A stretch of 63,999 bases of DNA, filler included, from Planctomycetota bacterium (GCA_026991575.1; 5 parts of 5 records of this genome joined end to end with filler, not necessarily neighbours in it); one strand, 5' to 3'; shown: positions 22,154 to 32,920, counted from the whole stretch's first letter. Program-made: numbers and translations. The notes: generated by a model from the letters alone, not told the origin.

Positions 22154-22825
22154 TCATTCCACGCCCAGCCGGATGCGGAGCTGGTCAAATTCGTCCCGAT
22201 ACTTGTTGTCCGACAGGTGCAAGTGTTCACCCTCGCTGATCAGCTGCAGGTTCGGATCACACGGTAGGCCGTACTGCTCAACGATGGCCACGTAGGGATT
22301 GATGTCGGGGGCGTACACGAAGATCAGTTTGTGCTCGTCGAGCTGGACTTCCGTGGGCCCATCCGGGTTCAGGACCGCAATACCGGTGTACCCATCGTTC
22401 AGCAGGAGCTCCTCGTAGTCGCACAGGATGCTGCGCAAAATGACGTTCTCGATCTCGTCCCGTACCAGGTCGACGTGCCCTTCCACGGTCGGATCATGGC
22501 TGGATTCCAGCACGACCGCCACCTCATCACCGACCTCGGCCACCAGATCACAAAACAGATCGAACAGATACTCGGCCGATGCAGCGATCGACAGCGTGGC
22601 CAGTGTCTCACCGGCCAGCTCGTCATGGTACCGCCCGATCCGGTAGCCGGCGCGGGGGATGATTGCCAGGTCGAAGGCCGGTCGGATTGCCCCCGTTAAA
22701 AGGAAGTCCCCGTAGCGGACCCGTTCCAGATGCGCACGCAGCGCTTCGGACGAGGCCGTCGCGAAGCTGCTCGCATCCCAGGTCGCCTTTTGTCCCCGAA
22801 GGATGGTTGGTCGCACCGGTTTCAT
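22154..22825 (-). CDS. Conserved-looking hypothetical protein
   Basis: GAGGTG RBS before ATG 22825; globular acidic sequence (VVLESSH, LLLNDG.TGIAV, EVQLDEHKL). Confidence 0.7.
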   Translation of the reverse strand: MKPVRPTILRGQKATWDASSFATASSEALRAHLERVRYGDFLLTGAIRPAFDLAIIPRAGYRIGRYHDELAGETLATLSIAASAEYLFDLFCDLVAEVGDEVAVVLESSHDPTVEGHVDLVRDEIENVILRSILCDYEELLLNDGYTGIAVLNPDGPTEVQLDEHKLIFVYAPDINPYVAIVEQYGLPCDPNLQLISEGEHLHLSDNKYRDEFDQLRIRLGVE

Positions 22826-22987
22826 GGCATCACCTCTGTTCGAATATACTCTACGAAACGGTTGCAGGCGACGCTTCCGCACGACTCGCCAGGACACGAT
22901 CCGGCACGGTCGCGCAAGCTTGCCGAGGTTGCCACACCGTTGCACGAGCCAGGGAGCGAACGACCCGTCATCCTTGGAGCACAAACC

Positions 22988-24335
22988 ATGAGCGCGTTGG
23001 CAGGACATCGGCCACGATCATCGCCGCGGATCCGTCTGGCTCTACTGCTTGCCGTGCAGCTGCTGTGCTGGCCCGCCGCTGTGGCGGCCGTCGCGGCATC
23101 CGAGCAAGAAGCCCCCTCGGGCAAGGTACTGGAAGAAAGTTGGGAAGCGATCTATATCGGGGGTAAGAAAGCTGGCTACGTGCACACGGTGGCCGTGGCC
23201 CGCAAGCTGGACGACGGACGCGAAGTCATCGAAGTCCGCACCAAGTCGTTCATGCGGCTGCGCCGCTTCGGCCAGCCGATCGAGATGGAAGTGCACACGC
23301 GCTCGGTGGAACTTGCCGAAACGGGAGATCTGCTCGAGACCGAATTGGTCACTCGTTCCGGCCAGATCGAAGCCATGCGGGTCAAGGCCAGGGTCGAGGA
23401 CAATGAACTGGCCATCAGCATAGCCACGCTGGGAAAGGAGACAACGCAGCGCATCCCCTGGAAGCCGATGCCGGGACCGTACGCGATCGACAAGCGGATC
23501 GGAAATGTGGCTAAGCTGGCCAAAGGAGAAACGGTACAGTTCCGGTTCTTCGACGGCTCGTTTCAGGCCGTGGTCACCGGAAAACTAACTGCGGCCGGCC
23601 ACGAGGAAGTGCAGCTCCTTGACCGAACGGCCAAACTGCGCCGGGTGCGCTTCGACCTGTTCCTGTCCGGCCGGGACCAACCGTTGTTGACAACGCACGT
23701 CTGGGTGGACGAGCAGGGAGAAGCGCTCAAGTCGCGCATCGCTATGCTCGGCGGCATGGAAACGTACAAGGTATCGAAAGAGGTCGCCCTGGCCGAACCC
23801 GAGGAACTGAGCGAGGATGTTGCCCTCCGGTCCCTCGTGCCCATCCGCGGACGACTAGACCGGCCATTCGAGACAGTCCGCGCCGTCTACCGGTTGCATC
23901 TAGAAGAATCCGTTGACCCGGCCGATGTGCCCCTGGACGACGGCCCGACGCAGGACGTGACCATCCGTCCGGACGGTACGATCCTGCTGACCGTCTATGC
24001 GGAACCGCAGGGTGATGCCGAACCGGAACCGGGACCGCAGTATCGGCAGCCGAACAGCTACCTTCAGTCGGATAACCCGAAGATCCGGCAGATCGCGGAG
24101 CAGGCAGTGGGCGACGCGGACGATCCACTGGAGAAGGCAAGACGCATGGAACGCTGGGTATTCGAGAACCTGACCAACAAGAACTTCGGCGTCGCATTCG
24201 CCTCAGCAGCGGCGGTCGCTGAGTCGATGGAGGGAGATTGCACGGAACATGCGGTCTTGCTTGCTGCCATGGCGCGAGCGCAGGGACTGCCGGCCCGCGT
24301 CGCCGTGGGCTTCGTCTACGCACCGTCGGTAGGTA
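22988..24335 (+). CDS. Secreted transglutaminase-like domain protein (3' truncated at contig end)
   Basis: Signal peptide; GDCTEHAVLLAAMARAQGLPARVAVG transglutaminase core; runs into the N spacer. Confidence 0.88.
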
Positions 24336-24435
24336 NNNNNNNNNNNNNNNNNNNNNNNNNNNNNNNNNNNNNNNNNNNNTTAATTAATTAANNNNNNNNN
24401 NNNNNNNNNNNNNNNNNNNNNNNNNNNNNNNNNNN
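24336..24435. other. Artificial contig-joining spacer
   Basis: 44 N + TTAATTAATTAA (stops in all frames) + 44 N. Confidence 0.99.
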
Positions 24436-24480
24436 CCCCCGGAGCGCCCCGGCTCGGTCGAGCCGGCCAAGCCCGCCGCG

Positions 24481-25830
24481 TCACCCACCCCCCATGCATT
24501 TCTGACAGCCCAGATGCTGGCGGAGGTCGGCAAGCCTGCTGAGCAGATCGTCGGCAAGCTGCTGGAGCGCGGCATCGTCGGCGAGTTGTTCGAGCTGAGC
24601 GGCCAGTTGGTCAAGCTGCCGCGCAAGTTGCTCAGCAGCCTTGCCCCCCTGGCCGCCGGCAGCCCTGGCCGCCTGAGCAAGCGACTGAGCCAGCTTAGCG
24701 AGCTGCTCTGGGCTGCCGAGCTGCTTGCGCAGGGCATCCAAGGCTTTCTCGAGCTGCTCGCCTTTCAGCCCAGAGCGTGCCAACCGCCGACGGGCCTGTT
24801 CCAGTGAACGAAGTTTCTGAAGCTCCCGATGCAGCCGCTGCAGCTGATTCTGTAGGACACGCTTCTGCTCGGCAGGAAGATCGCTCTTGCGCAGCTGCTC
24901 GGCCAGCTTCTTCAGCGCCCTTGCGGCCCGCTCCAGGTCACCCCTCTGCAGCGCTTGCTGGAACTGTCGGATCGGATCGTTGGTAGCAGTAGCTACCTGA
25001 CTAGCCCGCCGTGCCAGCTCCTGGAGCGTGTTGCGTACCTTGGCCTGCTCGGCTAAGCGGTCTCGTTGTTCCTGGAGACGCTTTTCAATGTCACCAAGCT
25101 GCTGGAGCGTCTTTTCCGGATCGGGGAGCGAGCGGCGGTCCGTACCGGCATCCCGCGCAAGGCGTTCCAATTCTGCAAGCAACTCACGCAGCTCGGCCAG
25201 CTGGCCTTCTTCGGCGACCTGGGGCAGTAGCGTGGCTAAGTCCTGCTCAAGACGATTCATCGCACGCTGAACACGCTCGGCCAACTCCTGGCGTTCAGCC
25301 AGGGAATCCTCCGCGACGGCCGCCCTGTCGACAGCCTGGCTTTCCCGTTGCCACGTCGGCAACAGCAGCCAGGAGATCATGCCCAGCAGCAGCGGCAGCA
25401 GGGGGGCAACGGCGGCCCTCGGTACCCGCCAGCTGAACGTGGCGGCCGGGTCGATGCTGTCAAGCCACCGGCTCAGGTCACGCAGCAGTGCTTGGGCAGC
25501 CGGTTGCTGACGGAGGTCGTCGGTCAGCGAGATTGCCGAGGTGACACGGTCCTGCAGGTCGAAAGCGCGATCAAGCTCGACGGCCGCACGCAGCGGGCGC
25601 ACGCGGCGGATCCAGGCGACGATTAGCCCAACCACGGTAGCCGCAACGAACACGACAGCACTGATAGCCAGGATCCGGCTCAGTGACCAGCCAAGCAGCT
25701 TCCCGCCGGCTGCGGCTGCCGCGGCACCAAACGCAGCGACTGTCCACGCCCACAACAGAATCTCCAACGCTCGCTGCGCGGTAAGCCGAAGGGCCACCCT
25801 TTGGACGAGCTTTTCGACCGGTTCCATCAC
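24481..25830 (-). CDS. Membrane-anchored long coiled-coil protein
   Basis: Three N-terminal TM segments around LDRAFDLQDRVTSA, then a Q/E/L/A-rich coiled coil ending CQKCMGGG-TGA. Confidence 0.75.
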   Translation of the reverse strand: MMEPVEKLVQRVALRLTAQRALEILLWAWTVAAFGAAAAAAGGKLLGWSLSRILAISAVVFVAATVVGLIVAWIRRVRPLRAAVELDRAFDLQDRVTSAISLTDDLRQQPAAQALLRDLSRWLDSIDPAATFSWRVPRAAVAPLLPLLLGMISWLLLPTWQRESQAVDRAAVAEDSLAERQELAERVQRAMNRLEQDLATLLPQVAEEGQLAELRELLAELERLARDAGTDRRSLPDPEKTLQQLGDIEKRLQEQRDRLAEQAKVRNTLQELARRASQVATATNDPIRQFQQALQRGDLERAARALKKLAEQLRKSDLPAEQKRVLQNQLQRLHRELQKLRSLEQARRRLARSGLKGEQLEKALDALRKQLGSPEQLAKLAQSLAQAARAAGGQGGKAAEQLARQLDQLAAQLEQLADDAALQQLADDLLSRLADLRQHLGCQKCMGGG

Positions 25831-25992
25831 AGACCTCCCCGATCAAGCTCTGACCGGTACCACGCTTCAAATGATAGCAGTCCTGCTACCCACACCGCAA
25901 CCTCTTGTGCGGCCAGGAGAATCGCACGCACTCCCGGCCGCGTGCGGAACCACACTGTGCCCACGACGATTCAGCGAGGCAGCCCCCGGCAA

Positions 25993-27258
25993 TCAGAAGA
26001 TCGGCTTGCCATCGTCGACGAGCTTGATGGGTTGCCCAAGCGGGGAGCGGTACTCTTCGTCCGGGTCGATACCGAACACCTTGCACACAGTGGCGAACAG
26101 GTCGGGGATTGATACCGGTCGGTCCACGACCTCACTGCCATCGTCGCTTGTGCGGCCGATCACTGCACCCTCTGGAGCCCCACCACCGGCCAGCACGGCA
26201 CAGAACGCCTGTGGCCAGTGGTCGCGACCGCCGCGTGGATTGATCCGGGGCGTTCGACCGAACTCACCGATCCAGATCACCAACGTTTGCTGCCACAGGT
26301 CCCGTTCACGCAAATCCTGCAACAGCGCCGCGAATGCCGGATCTGTCAGCGCCGCCAGCTTCGGAGTGATCGTGAAGTTGTCGCGATGCGTGTCCCACCC
26401 GGTTGTCCGTACCTCAACGAATGTCACCCCGGCCTCGACCAGTCGCCGTGCCAGCAAGCAGCCCAGGCCGAATCGGCTCCTGCCATACCGCTCGCGCACC
26501 GCCTCCGGCTCCTGTTCGATATCGAACGCCGACACGCGCGGGCTGGCAAGCAGCTTCAGCGCCCGATCCTGAACGGCGGCATGATCCTCAAACGCAATGT
26601 CCGCGTTGGACTGTTCCCGTGCAGCCCGGTATCCGCGCAACAGCGCCAGTCGTCGGCGCATCCGCGCGGTGGGCACCGCAGGCCGAATGTTCGCCGGTTT
26701 CTTCGTGGCGTCCGGGATTACGAACGGATCGTACTCGGCGCCAAAGAGACCTGCTCCGTGGGTTGGACCACCAATGCTGACAAACTGAGGTAAGTCGGCG
26801 TTTTCTGGAGCAGCGCGGCTGATGACGATCGAACCGAGCGAGGGATGGGTCACGCCACTTGCCGGCAGATGTCCGGTGTGCATGTGGTACGTCGCCCGCT
26901 GGTGGTTGGCTTCCCGCGCTACCATGGAGCGGACCAACGTCACACGATCCAGCCACTGCGCCATCCGTGGCCAGTATTCGGCAACGTGCACCCCAGGGAT
27001 TGCCGTGGCAATCGTGCGGGTGCCACCGCCGGTTTCCGCGTGGGGTTTCGGATCAAACGACTCGAACTGACTCGGTCCGCCACCCATCCAGAGCAGAATG
27101 CAGCTTCGGCCGGTGCGGCGCATCCGCTCACTACCGGCCATCAAGAGATTGACCAGGCCCATGGCCCCGGCGGTCGCGGCAGTTAGGCGGCAGAGAAAGC
27201 AGCGGCGCGTGAGCCTGCCGCCGCGACCAATTTGTACCGTTGTCCAACAGTGGATCAT
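25993..27258 (-). CDS. DUF1501 domain protein
   Basis: TRRCFL Tat-like signal, ILLWMGGGPSQFESFDPK, LLARRLVEAGV.FVEV, WDTH, GEFGRTP, GRDHW. Confidence 0.95.
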   Translation of the reverse strand: MIHCWTTVQIGRGGRLTRRCFLCRLTAATAGAMGLVNLLMAGSERMRRTGRSCILLWMGGGPSQFESFDPKPHAETGGGTRTIATAIPGVHVAEYWPRMAQWLDRVTLVRSMVAREANHQRATYHMHTGHLPASGVTHPSLGSIVISRAAPENADLPQFVSIGGPTHGAGLFGAEYDPFVIPDATKKPANIRPAVPTARMRRRLALLRGYRAAREQSNADIAFEDHAAVQDRALKLLASPRVSAFDIEQEPEAVRERYGRSRFGLGCLLARRLVEAGVTFVEVRTTGWDTHRDNFTITPKLAALTDPAFAALLQDLRERDLWQQTLVIWIGEFGRTPRINPRGGRDHWPQAFCAVLAGGGAPEGAVIGRTSDDGSEVVDRPVSIPDLFATVCKVFGIDPDEEYRSPLGQPIKLVDDGKPIF

Positions 27259-27387
27259 CGGCCAACTCCGCTATCCTTTCTAGTCTACAGAACCAGACCC
27301 GGGCTTCCCGGCTGCCGGAGCAGCCGAGTGTGCAGCCCACCTACAGCAGGCGGCAACCGTACTGAGCGCGCCAGAATTGAGGACCGC

Positions 27388-29052
27388 ATGGCGCAGAGCG
27401 GTGACGACAGATCGGTCAGAAAGCGGACGGTAGCGATCGCGACGCTGGCTGCCGTCGTCCTGGCTAGTCTACTTATTGACCCCCGAGAACTTACGCGCCC
27501 GCTTGTGCTTGATGAGCGGGTCACGTACTGGGTCATTAGTCCGACGAGCCCGGGTACGTTCTGGCAAAGGGCTACCGTTTACTCCGCTACCCCGCCGGGT
27601 TACATGGCGCTGGTCCGCCTCCTCGGCCCAACGCTGAGCGTCTTGCCGGACGCTCCCTGGGGCATGCGACTGGTCTCCGTATTCTGCTACATCTGGTTGG
27701 GGGGGGCCTTGGCTGCTTGGCTCGTTCGGCGTGCTGGCGTCCTGCCCGCCGCGATCGGAACGGCTCTGGTTCTTGCTCATCCACTGGTCCTTGAGCAGGC
27801 CCACTTGGCCCGGCCCTACGTGGTGGGGACGCTTGCTGCGTGGTACGCGATGACGTGGACGGCTGAGCTGGTGGCGGGACGAGCGCGTCGGCCAGTGGTG
27901 GTTGGGTGGCTTGTTGCCAACTTCTTCGTTCTCTGGAGTCACTACTTGTTTGGTCTGCTATGGGCGGTTCAGTCGGCTCTGCTGCTGCACGCGGTGCTCA
28001 GAGGACGGCTCCGCTTCGTGCACGTCCTCGGGCTACACGTTGCGCTGGTGCTGATCGCCGTGCCGCTGCTGCCTGGGTTGATGTGGCTGTGGGTAAAGCG
28101 GCAGTACCTGAACTGGTCGGTGGTCCCGGCGCGCTGGTCCGCGCTGGCGGAGCTTGTGGGCGGGGCTGCACTGGCAAGCTGGCGGTTTCCCTCCTGGTGG
28201 GCGAAGGCTCCGGCGGCTGTTGTCGCACTGGCTATCGGCGTCGGTGTGCTCCTGGGAGTGGCCGACCGCAGGCGCGCCGCAAAGCGTGCCGCCGCCGCGA
28301 GTGCGTTCGGCTGGTCGGCAGCCGGCTTGCTGCCGGTTCTGGCGCTCTGGCTAGCGGGTCATGCAGGGATGCCGTCGCTGGCAACACCGCGATATGCGGT
28401 GCCGTTTCTGGTTGTGCTGTTGGGCGGGTTGGCTGCAGGCGCGGGTGTACTCCTGCCTCGAGCCTGGCAGGTTCTGCTGTTGATCGGCTTGTTGACTGTG
28501 CAGCCTTCGGTGCAGCGGTACGGGCGGTCGTTGCCTGCTCGGCTGCTAGCGGAGCTGGCGGGGCTACAGCCGAAGAACGTTCTGTATGAGCCGGTGGGGG
28601 CGGCGTGGGATGAAGCAACACGGTATGTCATGGGCCATGCCCGCGACGGTGACTACTTGCTGGTCAGTTCCGGGCTGGCGGAGATGTCCTTGTTGATGGT
28701 CTTTGCTGAAGATGCCCTGCTCCAGGACTACGTGGCCTGTCGAGTGATGCGTTTGCCGGGGCAGCGGGTTCGGTGCCACCGGCTTGGGGTGCCGTTGCAG
28801 TGGACGCCGGCCGTCAGTGGCTACTATGAGCGTCGTTTTCGTGGTGCGGTGGCTGCTTGGCGGCAGAGCGGTGCGCGGCCGGAACGCTACCCGCGGATCC
28901 TCTTCGTTGCCGCCACAGACACGGACCGGTTACGGCGCCTGGCGGCGATAACCGATGAGCTCATCCGCCGCTGGGGCTGGCACCCGGTGGACGCCTGGCA
29001 GGGCACCGGTGTGAAGGCAACCGTGTACGCCGCTGCCTCAGGGTTGCGGTAA
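27388..29052 (+). CDS. GT-C fold (GT39-like) polytopic membrane glycosyltransferase
   Basis: LVLDE after first TM, TPPGY, MRLVS, ARPY, WSHY, PRY; many TM segments. Confidence 0.75.
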   Translation: MAQSGDDRSVRKRTVAIATLAAVVLASLLIDPRELTRPLVLDERVTYWVISPTSPGTFWQRATVYSATPPGYMALVRLLGPTLSVLPDAPWGMRLVSVFCYIWLGGALAAWLVRRAGVLPAAIGTALVLAHPLVLEQAHLARPYVVGTLAAWYAMTWTAELVAGRARRPVVVGWLVANFFVLWSHYLFGLLWAVQSALLLHAVLRGRLRFVHVLGLHVALVLIAVPLLPGLMWLWVKRQYLNWSVVPARWSALAELVGGAALASWRFPSWWAKAPAAVVALAIGVGVLLGVADRRRAAKRAAAASAFGWSAAGLLPVLALWLAGHAGMPSLATPRYAVPFLVVLLGGLAAGAGVLLPRAWQVLLLIGLLTVQPSVQRYGRSLPARLLAELAGLQPKNVLYEPVGAAWDEATRYVMGHARDGDYLLVSSGLAEMSLLMVFAEDALLQDYVACRVMRLPGQRVRCHRLGVPLQWTPAVSGYYERRFRGAVAAWRQSGARPERYPRILFVAATDTDRLRRLAAITDELIRRWGWHPVDAWQGTGVKATVYAAASGLR

Positions 29053-29821
29053 GTCGCACCAGGGAGCGATTCGGCGACGCGGCTGGCGGGCCGAGCCGGA
29101 TCGAGCGCAGCACGGCGCTGGCAGGGTGGTCGATGCTGTCAGGGCGGACGGCTGCAGGATGCGGGCCGGGTTCGACGCACGAGCATGCGGCGCCTGACCC
29201 GGGATGGGCACGCAGTGCCGGTTGCCGTGTCACGCATGCCGGCGGAACGGCCTGCTCCGTGACGGGCCACCGCCGGTGGTTCGCTGCCCGGCGGTCCGCG
29301 TCAGCCGTGCCGGGATCAAGCGCTGGGACCCAGGACCAGCCACTGGCCAACTCAGCGCGGTGGGTGCCGAGGTGGCGGGGAAAGAAGGAGACGGCACCTG
29401 TCGTGTTGGTGCCCCCGGCTGGGACCGAGGCGGAAGCGTGGTTGACGCGAAGCGTGACAACGGCCACTTCAGGACGCGCCGGCTCATCTGGACAGCATCG
29501 ATGAGGGCAAGGCACAATCTTCCACGTCGTCAGGCATGCGATCGGGCTGTAAGCGCCAGACTCATTGGTTGACCAGATCGCGCAAAGTCCCTGGTTCCAT
29601 GAGTTCGCAGTCGCGTTGCTCAGCCTCGCCGTCCGTGCGACGAACGTCGGCCGCACTGTTCGTGGTGAGCCAATCACTGCCCGGCATGGGCGGTGTCGGA
29701 AGCAGAGACGAGCAACTCGAGACAAGCGAGCAAAATCGGATGCTCTAACGAAGAAACACCACACTCTGCCGCCTGCCCATCACGCACTGGACAACCGTCT
29801 GGTCTTCTTGCCGGTCGATCA

Positions 29822-30973
29822 CTACTGCAACACGAGCTGTTCCAGAGCCGCAGTGGCCCGTTCCAACTCCCCCCGCTTGGCGCAAGCGGCAGCCTCGCGC
29901 ACCAGCCGGACCTGACGCTGCGTCACCGCGCACGGGATGCGATCGGCTAGCGGATCATGCTTGCCGATCAGTCGCTCCAGCGTGCGGCAAAGCAGTGCCC
30001 GGACACCCTGGCCCGATCGGGCAGACACACGCAGCGGCCTTAACGTGGCCGGTAATGCCTCTGGCTGCCAGGCTGGCGGCAGATCGACCTTGTTGACCAC
30101 AACCACCGCTTCAGGCAGCTTCGCGATCAGGGCCTGATCGGCTTCGGTCAGCGGCTGTGAGCCATCCAGGACCAGCCACACCAGATCTGCTTGGGCAAGG
30201 AGTTGCTCTGCGCGGCGTACCCCTTCGCGTTCCACCGGATGGTCGCTTGTCCTCAGCCCTGCCGTGTCGTGGACGATCAGCGGCCAGCCTTGAAAGATGA
30301 CCTCCTCGCGCACGATGTCCCGCGTCGTGCCTGCTTGCTCGTGCACCACGGCCCGGGCATAGCCAACGACCGCATTCAACAGGCTGCTCTTGCCCACATT
30401 CGGCCTGCCGGCCAGCACGATGCGCCACGGCTCCAGCAGCCGCAAGCCCACGTGCGCCCGCTCGGCCACACGCTGCAGCAGTTCCACGGCCTTGGCGCGA
30501 CCATTTGGCGTGCGCAGGGCGTCGATCAGGCTGAGCCAGCGCTCCTTCAGCGATGTCAGCATGAACGCGGCCCGGCTGCTGGGCGCATGTGCCAGGCACG
30601 CGGCCAGCTCCCGATCAAATACCGATTCACCGCCGAGCAACTCCTCGGCCGCCGCGGGGGCCGCGCCGGCCCGCTCCAGATCCGCCAGCAGCCGCTTGAC
30701 TGCCGCTTGTCCGCCATGGCAACTGATTTCAAACTGCTCTGACCCGAAGGCCCGCACCACAACCGTTTCACCATCATGCCACCGAGCCACAGCAAGCCCA
30801 CGCCGAACAGCCCGCTCGATGGGCTGGGAATCTGCCAGGCAACGGCCGAGCACTCTAGATGCCTCCGGACCGGCAAGCCGTACGACGGCCAGTGCGGCTG
30901 CCACCGGGGCCGTCAGCAGGGCAGCCCGCGCCGGGGGGGCATGCTGTTGTTTCGAGCGTTCGTGTGCAGGCAT
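29822..30973 (-). CDS. MnmE/TrmE-like GTPase lacking the C-terminal CxGK motif
   Basis: N-terminal AVVRLAG and FEISCHGG; G1 GRPNVGKSSLLN, G2 GTTRD, G3 DTAGLR, G4 NKVD, G5 VSA. Confidence 0.85.
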   Translation of the reverse strand: MPAHERSKQQHAPPARAALLTAPVAAALAVVRLAGPEASRVLGRCLADSQPIERAVRRGLAVARWHDGETVVVRAFGSEQFEISCHGGQAAVKRLLADLERAGAAPAAAEELLGGESVFDRELAACLAHAPSSRAAFMLTSLKERWLSLIDALRTPNGRAKAVELLQRVAERAHVGLRLLEPWRIVLAGRPNVGKSSLLNAVVGYARAVVHEQAGTTRDIVREEVIFQGWPLIVHDTAGLRTSDHPVEREGVRRAEQLLAQADLVWLVLDGSQPLTEADQALIAKLPEAVVVVNKVDLPPAWQPEALPATLRPLRVSARSGQGVRALLCRTLERLIGKHDPLADRIPCAVTQRQVRLVREAAACAKRGELERATAALEQLVLQ

Positions 30974-31045
30974 CGCCGTCGGAACGGCCCACGGAGTGAC
31001 TTGCGATCCGGCCTGCCTGCCCGGGCGTCCTATCCACGGTTGCAG

Positions 31046-31831
31046 TCAGCTGGCCTGTTGCCCGGAGAGGACATGTTCAGCCGTTGCATGGATTCCGTGC
31101 AGGGTCAGATCGGCGATCAGGACGGCCGGCTGTTCCATCCGCCCGCTTAACAGCGCGGCGTCACCGCCAGTGATGTACACCACGGGTTGGTCACCGAGTT
31201 CTTCGGACAAACGCCGCACCAGCTCATTCAGGGCGCCGACGGTTCCCCAGTACAGGCCGCTGCGCAGCGCTTGCTCGGTGTTCTTGCCCAATGGCTCCGG
31301 CGGCTGGTTCACGTCAACCCGCGGTAACCAGTAGGTGAACTCCGCCAGGGCTCGCGCCGCGAGCGTCAGACCAGGCAGGATGGCACCGCCGACGAATGCC
31401 CCGGACGCATCTACCGCATCGACCGTTATGGCCGAGCCGCAGTCGATGACCAGGGCGGGCCTCTGAGTCGGCCGCCTGGCGTTCACGGCCACGGCGTTCA
31501 ACAGCCGGTCGATGCCGACTGCCGTCGGGTTATCCACCAGCACCTGGATCGGCAACAGGCTGGCGTCGGTGATCCTTAGCAGACGTGCACCCAGCGGCGA
31601 GGCTTCCTGCAGATCGCGGATCAGTTGGTTGGATGCCTCGGGGTTGACGCTGGCTACGGCGAAGAAGCCTTCCCTGAGATCTTCCGGTTCGAGCCATTCG
31701 TTGATGATCTCTCGAACCGCCTCGCGGCGGCTGACAGGGTGGGAGGCGGTGGAGATGAGCGCTCCACTGTGGAAGCGGCCCCACTTGATGCGGCTGTTAC
31801 CTACGTCGATTGCAATTAATCGTGTCGGCAT
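31046..31831 (-). CDS. coaX: Type III pantothenate kinase
   Basis: IDVGNSRIKWG, GIDRL, VIDCGSAITVD, GGAILPG, ITGGD. Confidence 0.95.
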   Translation of the reverse strand: MPTRLIAIDVGNSRIKWGRFHSGALISTASHPVSRREAVREIINEWLEPEDLREGFFAVASVNPEASNQLIRDLQEASPLGARLLRITDASLLPIQVLVDNPTAVGIDRLLNAVAVNARRPTQRPALVIDCGSAITVDAVDASGAFVGGAILPGLTLAARALAEFTYWLPRVDVNQPPEPLGKNTEQALRSGLYWGTVGALNELVRRLSEELGDQPVVYITGGDAALLSGRMEQPAVLIADLTLHGIHATAEHVLSGQQAS

Positions 31832-31886
31832 GGCGGTCCGTCCTCCGGCTGCGGCGCACGGTTCTGGCTACGCTGCGTCCGCGGGC

Positions 31887-32900
31887 TCAAGAGCCTGGCA
31901 GAGCTGCTTCTGCTTGCTGCTGCAGTATGGCGTGCGCCTCTTGAAGGAGCTCCTTGATGCCCTGGCCGGTGACTGCCGAGACGGCAATCACGGGTTTGCC
32001 GATCCGTGCGGCCAGGCGTTCGGCTTGCTGTGCTGCATCGGGGACCGTGTCCACCTTGGTCAGCGCGACCAACTCGGGACGCTCGGCGAGCTCTGGATTG
32101 AACAGCTCCAGTTCCTTCCGGATACGCCAATAGTTCTGTTCCGGGCTGGACCCGTCAAGCGGCTGCACCTCGACGAGGTGGATCAGCACCTTGGTCCGTT
32201 CGATATGCCGCAGGAAGTCGTGGCCGAGGCCGGCTCCGGCATGGGCTCCCTCGATCAAACCGGGGATGTCGGCGACGACGAACGAGGCGTCATCGAGCGT
32301 GACCACGCCGAGCACCGGGTACTTGGTGGTGAACGGGTAGTCAGCGATTGCTGGTCGGGCGCGCGAGATGCGGCTGAGCAACGTCGACTTGCCCGCATTC
32401 GGTTTGCCGACCAGGCCCACGTCGGCGATGAGCTTCAGTTCCAGCACGATCCACCGCCGCTCGCCCGGCTTGCCTCGCTCCCACGTCCGCGGTGCACGAT
32501 TCGTGGCGGTCGCGAACGCCTTGTTCCCACGGCCACCCTTGCCGCCCCGGGCCACGACCACGCTGTCACCGTGCTCTTTGAGGTCCTTCAGGACGTGCCC
32601 GCGGTCGCGATCGCGAACGATGGTACCCGGCGGCACTTCGATCACCAGGTCTTCGCCACAGCGGCCATGGCAGTTGCTGCCCGAGCCGTGCCGCCCACTC
32701 TCGGCTTTCCAGAACTTCCGGTTCGCCAGGTGGGCAAGGTTGCTGAGGTTCTCGTTGGCGCGCACGATGACCGAGCCGCCGTCGCCCCCGTCGCCGCCGT
32801 CCGGCCCCCCGAACGGCACGTACTTTTCACGGCGGAAACTCATGCAACCGTGGCCACCGCGGCCACCTTCGACATAAAGCTCCAGACGATCCAGGAACAT
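31887..32900 (-). CDS. obgE: GTPase ObgE/CgtA
   Basis: GGRGGHG..SFRREKYVPFGGPDGGDGG, ADVGLVGKPNAGKST, YPFTT, DIPGLIEGA, FLRHIER. Confidence 0.97.
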   Translation of the reverse strand: MFLDRLELYVEGGRGGHGCMSFRREKYVPFGGPDGGDGGDGGSVIVRANENLSNLAHLANRKFWKAESGRHGSGSNCHGRCGEDLVIEVPPGTIVRDRDRGHVLKDLKEHGDSVVVARGGKGGRGNKAFATATNRAPRTWERGKPGERRWIVLELKLIADVGLVGKPNAGKSTLLSRISRARPAIADYPFTTKYPVLGVVTLDDASFVVADIPGLIEGAHAGAGLGHDFLRHIERTKVLIHLVEVQPLDGSSPEQNYWRIRKELELFNPELAERPELVALTKVDTVPDAAQQAERLAARIGKPVIAVSAVTGQGIKELLQEAHAILQQQAEAALPGS

Positions 32901-32920
32901 CGTTCTCGGCTACGCAGCCG

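Noticed and set aside
17484..27258. DUF1559, sulfatase and DUF1501 genes as novel
   Set aside because: These are large, well-known paralogous families in planctomycetes; useful only as taxonomic markers here.
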